Source: Lepidodermella squamata (Eukaryota; Animalia; Gastrotricha). Taken from it: a stretch of 64,000 bases of DNA. A program made the position numbers and the translations under genes. The DNA is taken from assembly GCA_047495785.1 (NCBI GenBank), contig JBLDXI010000011.1:186001-250000 (forward strand), given 5' to 3'. A model generated the notes under the pieces. It saw only the letters and a program-made list of their open reading frames with translations. It ran no database searches and was not told the origin of the DNA. How positions within the stretch are numbered: position 1 is the stretch's first letter; each line of letters opens with the position of its first letter. Shown in pieces: positions 62,191 to 64,000 of the stretch.

Positions 62191-64000
62191 TGGCGGGGAA
62201 ATCGACGGAAAATTACACAGCCCTGCGAACCGCCGCTTGCCAAATGCGACAAGCAAATGCCGTTGTACTTTTATCAATTTTTACAGCCATTATAATGAGT
62301 AGAAATTGGCTACGCAACAAAGGCAGAAAGCTGCTCCAACACGCAATTCGCCAGTGGATAAGGGTAAATCGCCATCACCATTTCAAATTAACTCACGCGC
62401 TTCAGGTGTGTAGAGCAGCTGGAGTAAAGGGTGCATAATAACAAATTAATAAATTAGATACGGTAAAAAGATATCGCAGCTAATGCCTGGCCAGCACACA
62501 CAACTTGAGTGCTACACACATGCCGCGGCATCTGTTCGCACATGAAAATACTGGGCACACAGCGCCCGATTGCGCTTGTTACTAATGGCTTAACATTATG
62601 AAATTAGTTCGAAGAAAATGTAAAATTAAGAAATATTACATTCAAGTACCAATCTCCCAGTGAGCAGTGAGCATCGAGGTGGGACGATGGTGGAACCTGC
62701 CATGAAAGCGCCCTAACGGCTGGTACAACTTACTCTGTTGTTTTGGTGATCAGTTTTTTGACAGATGCCAACTGATTCTGGAATCTACAAATTCATGCTC
62801 CATGCTACTTCATTGGTCTTGAAGGAGCCAGAAGCTTTCCGACTTTCCGTGAATTTTCCGACAGATAACATTCGAATGATGTCATTCGGCGAAGAAATAG
62901 TCTAAAATTGTACCTGACTCAGTTTTTCACGCTGTTCATTAATATGAAAACCGCATTTCAAAATTCGCCATGGATCAAAAGTCCTATCTCCACATTCGTG
63001 GATTTTTTTGCAGGTCATTCTTTTTCCATCAGAAAAATAGCATGAGTTCGAATAGGGCATCACAAAGATTATTCAATCACGACAAAAAATGGCGATGACT
63101 CAGTGCAGTATTCGATGCCGAGTGAAAATAAATCGGCAAAAGAGGGAAAAAAGCCAAAAATGAATGCTTTCGCAAGGACTCGAGCCACAACCTTAAAAAA
63201 ACACGAACAAAAAAATGAAAAAATCCACCAAAAAGTCCTATCTGCAGCGAATGTCTTTATTGTGCAATAACGATGCGTCACCGGTAAAAATGGCCGGCGC
63301 CATTCGATCCGCCGGGTTTGATTACCCCTGTTCTTCACATCAGTGACAATTTCTAGTGAAAATTTCGGAAATAAAGCTGTTTTTTCGATTTTCCTCGAAA
63401 TAAATTGTTTTGGAGATCGGACTTTTAGCCGCGCCAACGACGAATTCATATCTTGTCCTACACACCTTGTCTGTGTATCCATGCTCGAACCCAAATCCAT
63501 GCAGGGAGAGATATCCAGCCCGTGTGTGCGATGCATGCGATGCGGCCGATGCATGGATCCTAGTTTGGTTTCAAGTTCGAGCAGGTTCGAGTTGACTGTT
63601 TATGTTTAGAATGCTCGGAAGCAATCGCGTATCAACAATCATCAGTATTCCGTAGGATGAAATATGTCAATGAGCTTTGATGATCGTCTTGTTTCGGGCA
63701 ACGAGAAAATTCATATCTGAGTGAATTCACAATTCTACCATCAATCCCAGTATATCAATGCCATAATATAAATTCAATGCAATTCGGCGCTGGCTTTATG
63801 CGAAGAGATGACACTGCGTGTGTTCTGCTGCTCATTGTTTTTTGTAGGCCATGCATAGGCTTGGCTATCTTTTCACCGTATCTAAATTTTATGATGTTTT
63901 CGAGCGCTCTTGACTGTATATGTAGCAATTACTTGGCCACGTAATGTAATGGCTGAGCCGATCTGGCGTATGGATGGCAATTATCAGTTATATTGCCGTG

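Noticed and set aside
63069-63609. 161-aa minus-strand ORF and overlapping ORFs
   Set aside because: No domain motif or splice support; the region contains short repeated segments typical of repeat debris.

Overview
This is eukaryotic (invertebrate-metazoan-like) genomic DNA, with GC-rich exons, AT-rich GT-AG introns (many only 46-62 nt) and no prokaryotic, rRNA, tRNA or CRISPR signal. I assembled gene models by hand from splice sites and checked them for phase consistency. Left half: the 5' end of a secreted-precursor gene; a 12-exon ~1225-aa gene joining a Pro/Gly/Tyr/Gln-rich N-terminus, a divergent CUT-like domain and one catalytically degenerate ABC-F nucleotide-binding domain; a ~1350-aa ankyrin-repeat gene with a C-terminal RVxF motif and a Mutator-like element (9-bp TSD) in an intron; and a DUF288/STELLO-like type II membrane protein. 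The right half (30-60 kb) is a tandem cluster built around one divergent L-type (ERGIC-53/VIP36-like) lectin module. This module occurs in three secreted lectin-mucin-Cys-repeat-vWA proteins and is also fused N-terminally to two Cys-loop ligand-gated ion channel subunits. The cluster also holds two lectin-less Cys-loop paralogs (one nested antisense in a lectin-gene intron), two small secreted Cys-containing paralogs and a soluble C1-C2 pseudo-adenylyl-cyclase, followed by a Cys-rich pseudogene. The lectin-channel/secreted-lectin cluster is the best candidate for an undescribed system. All domain assignments are from motif recognition by eye; no database search was run.
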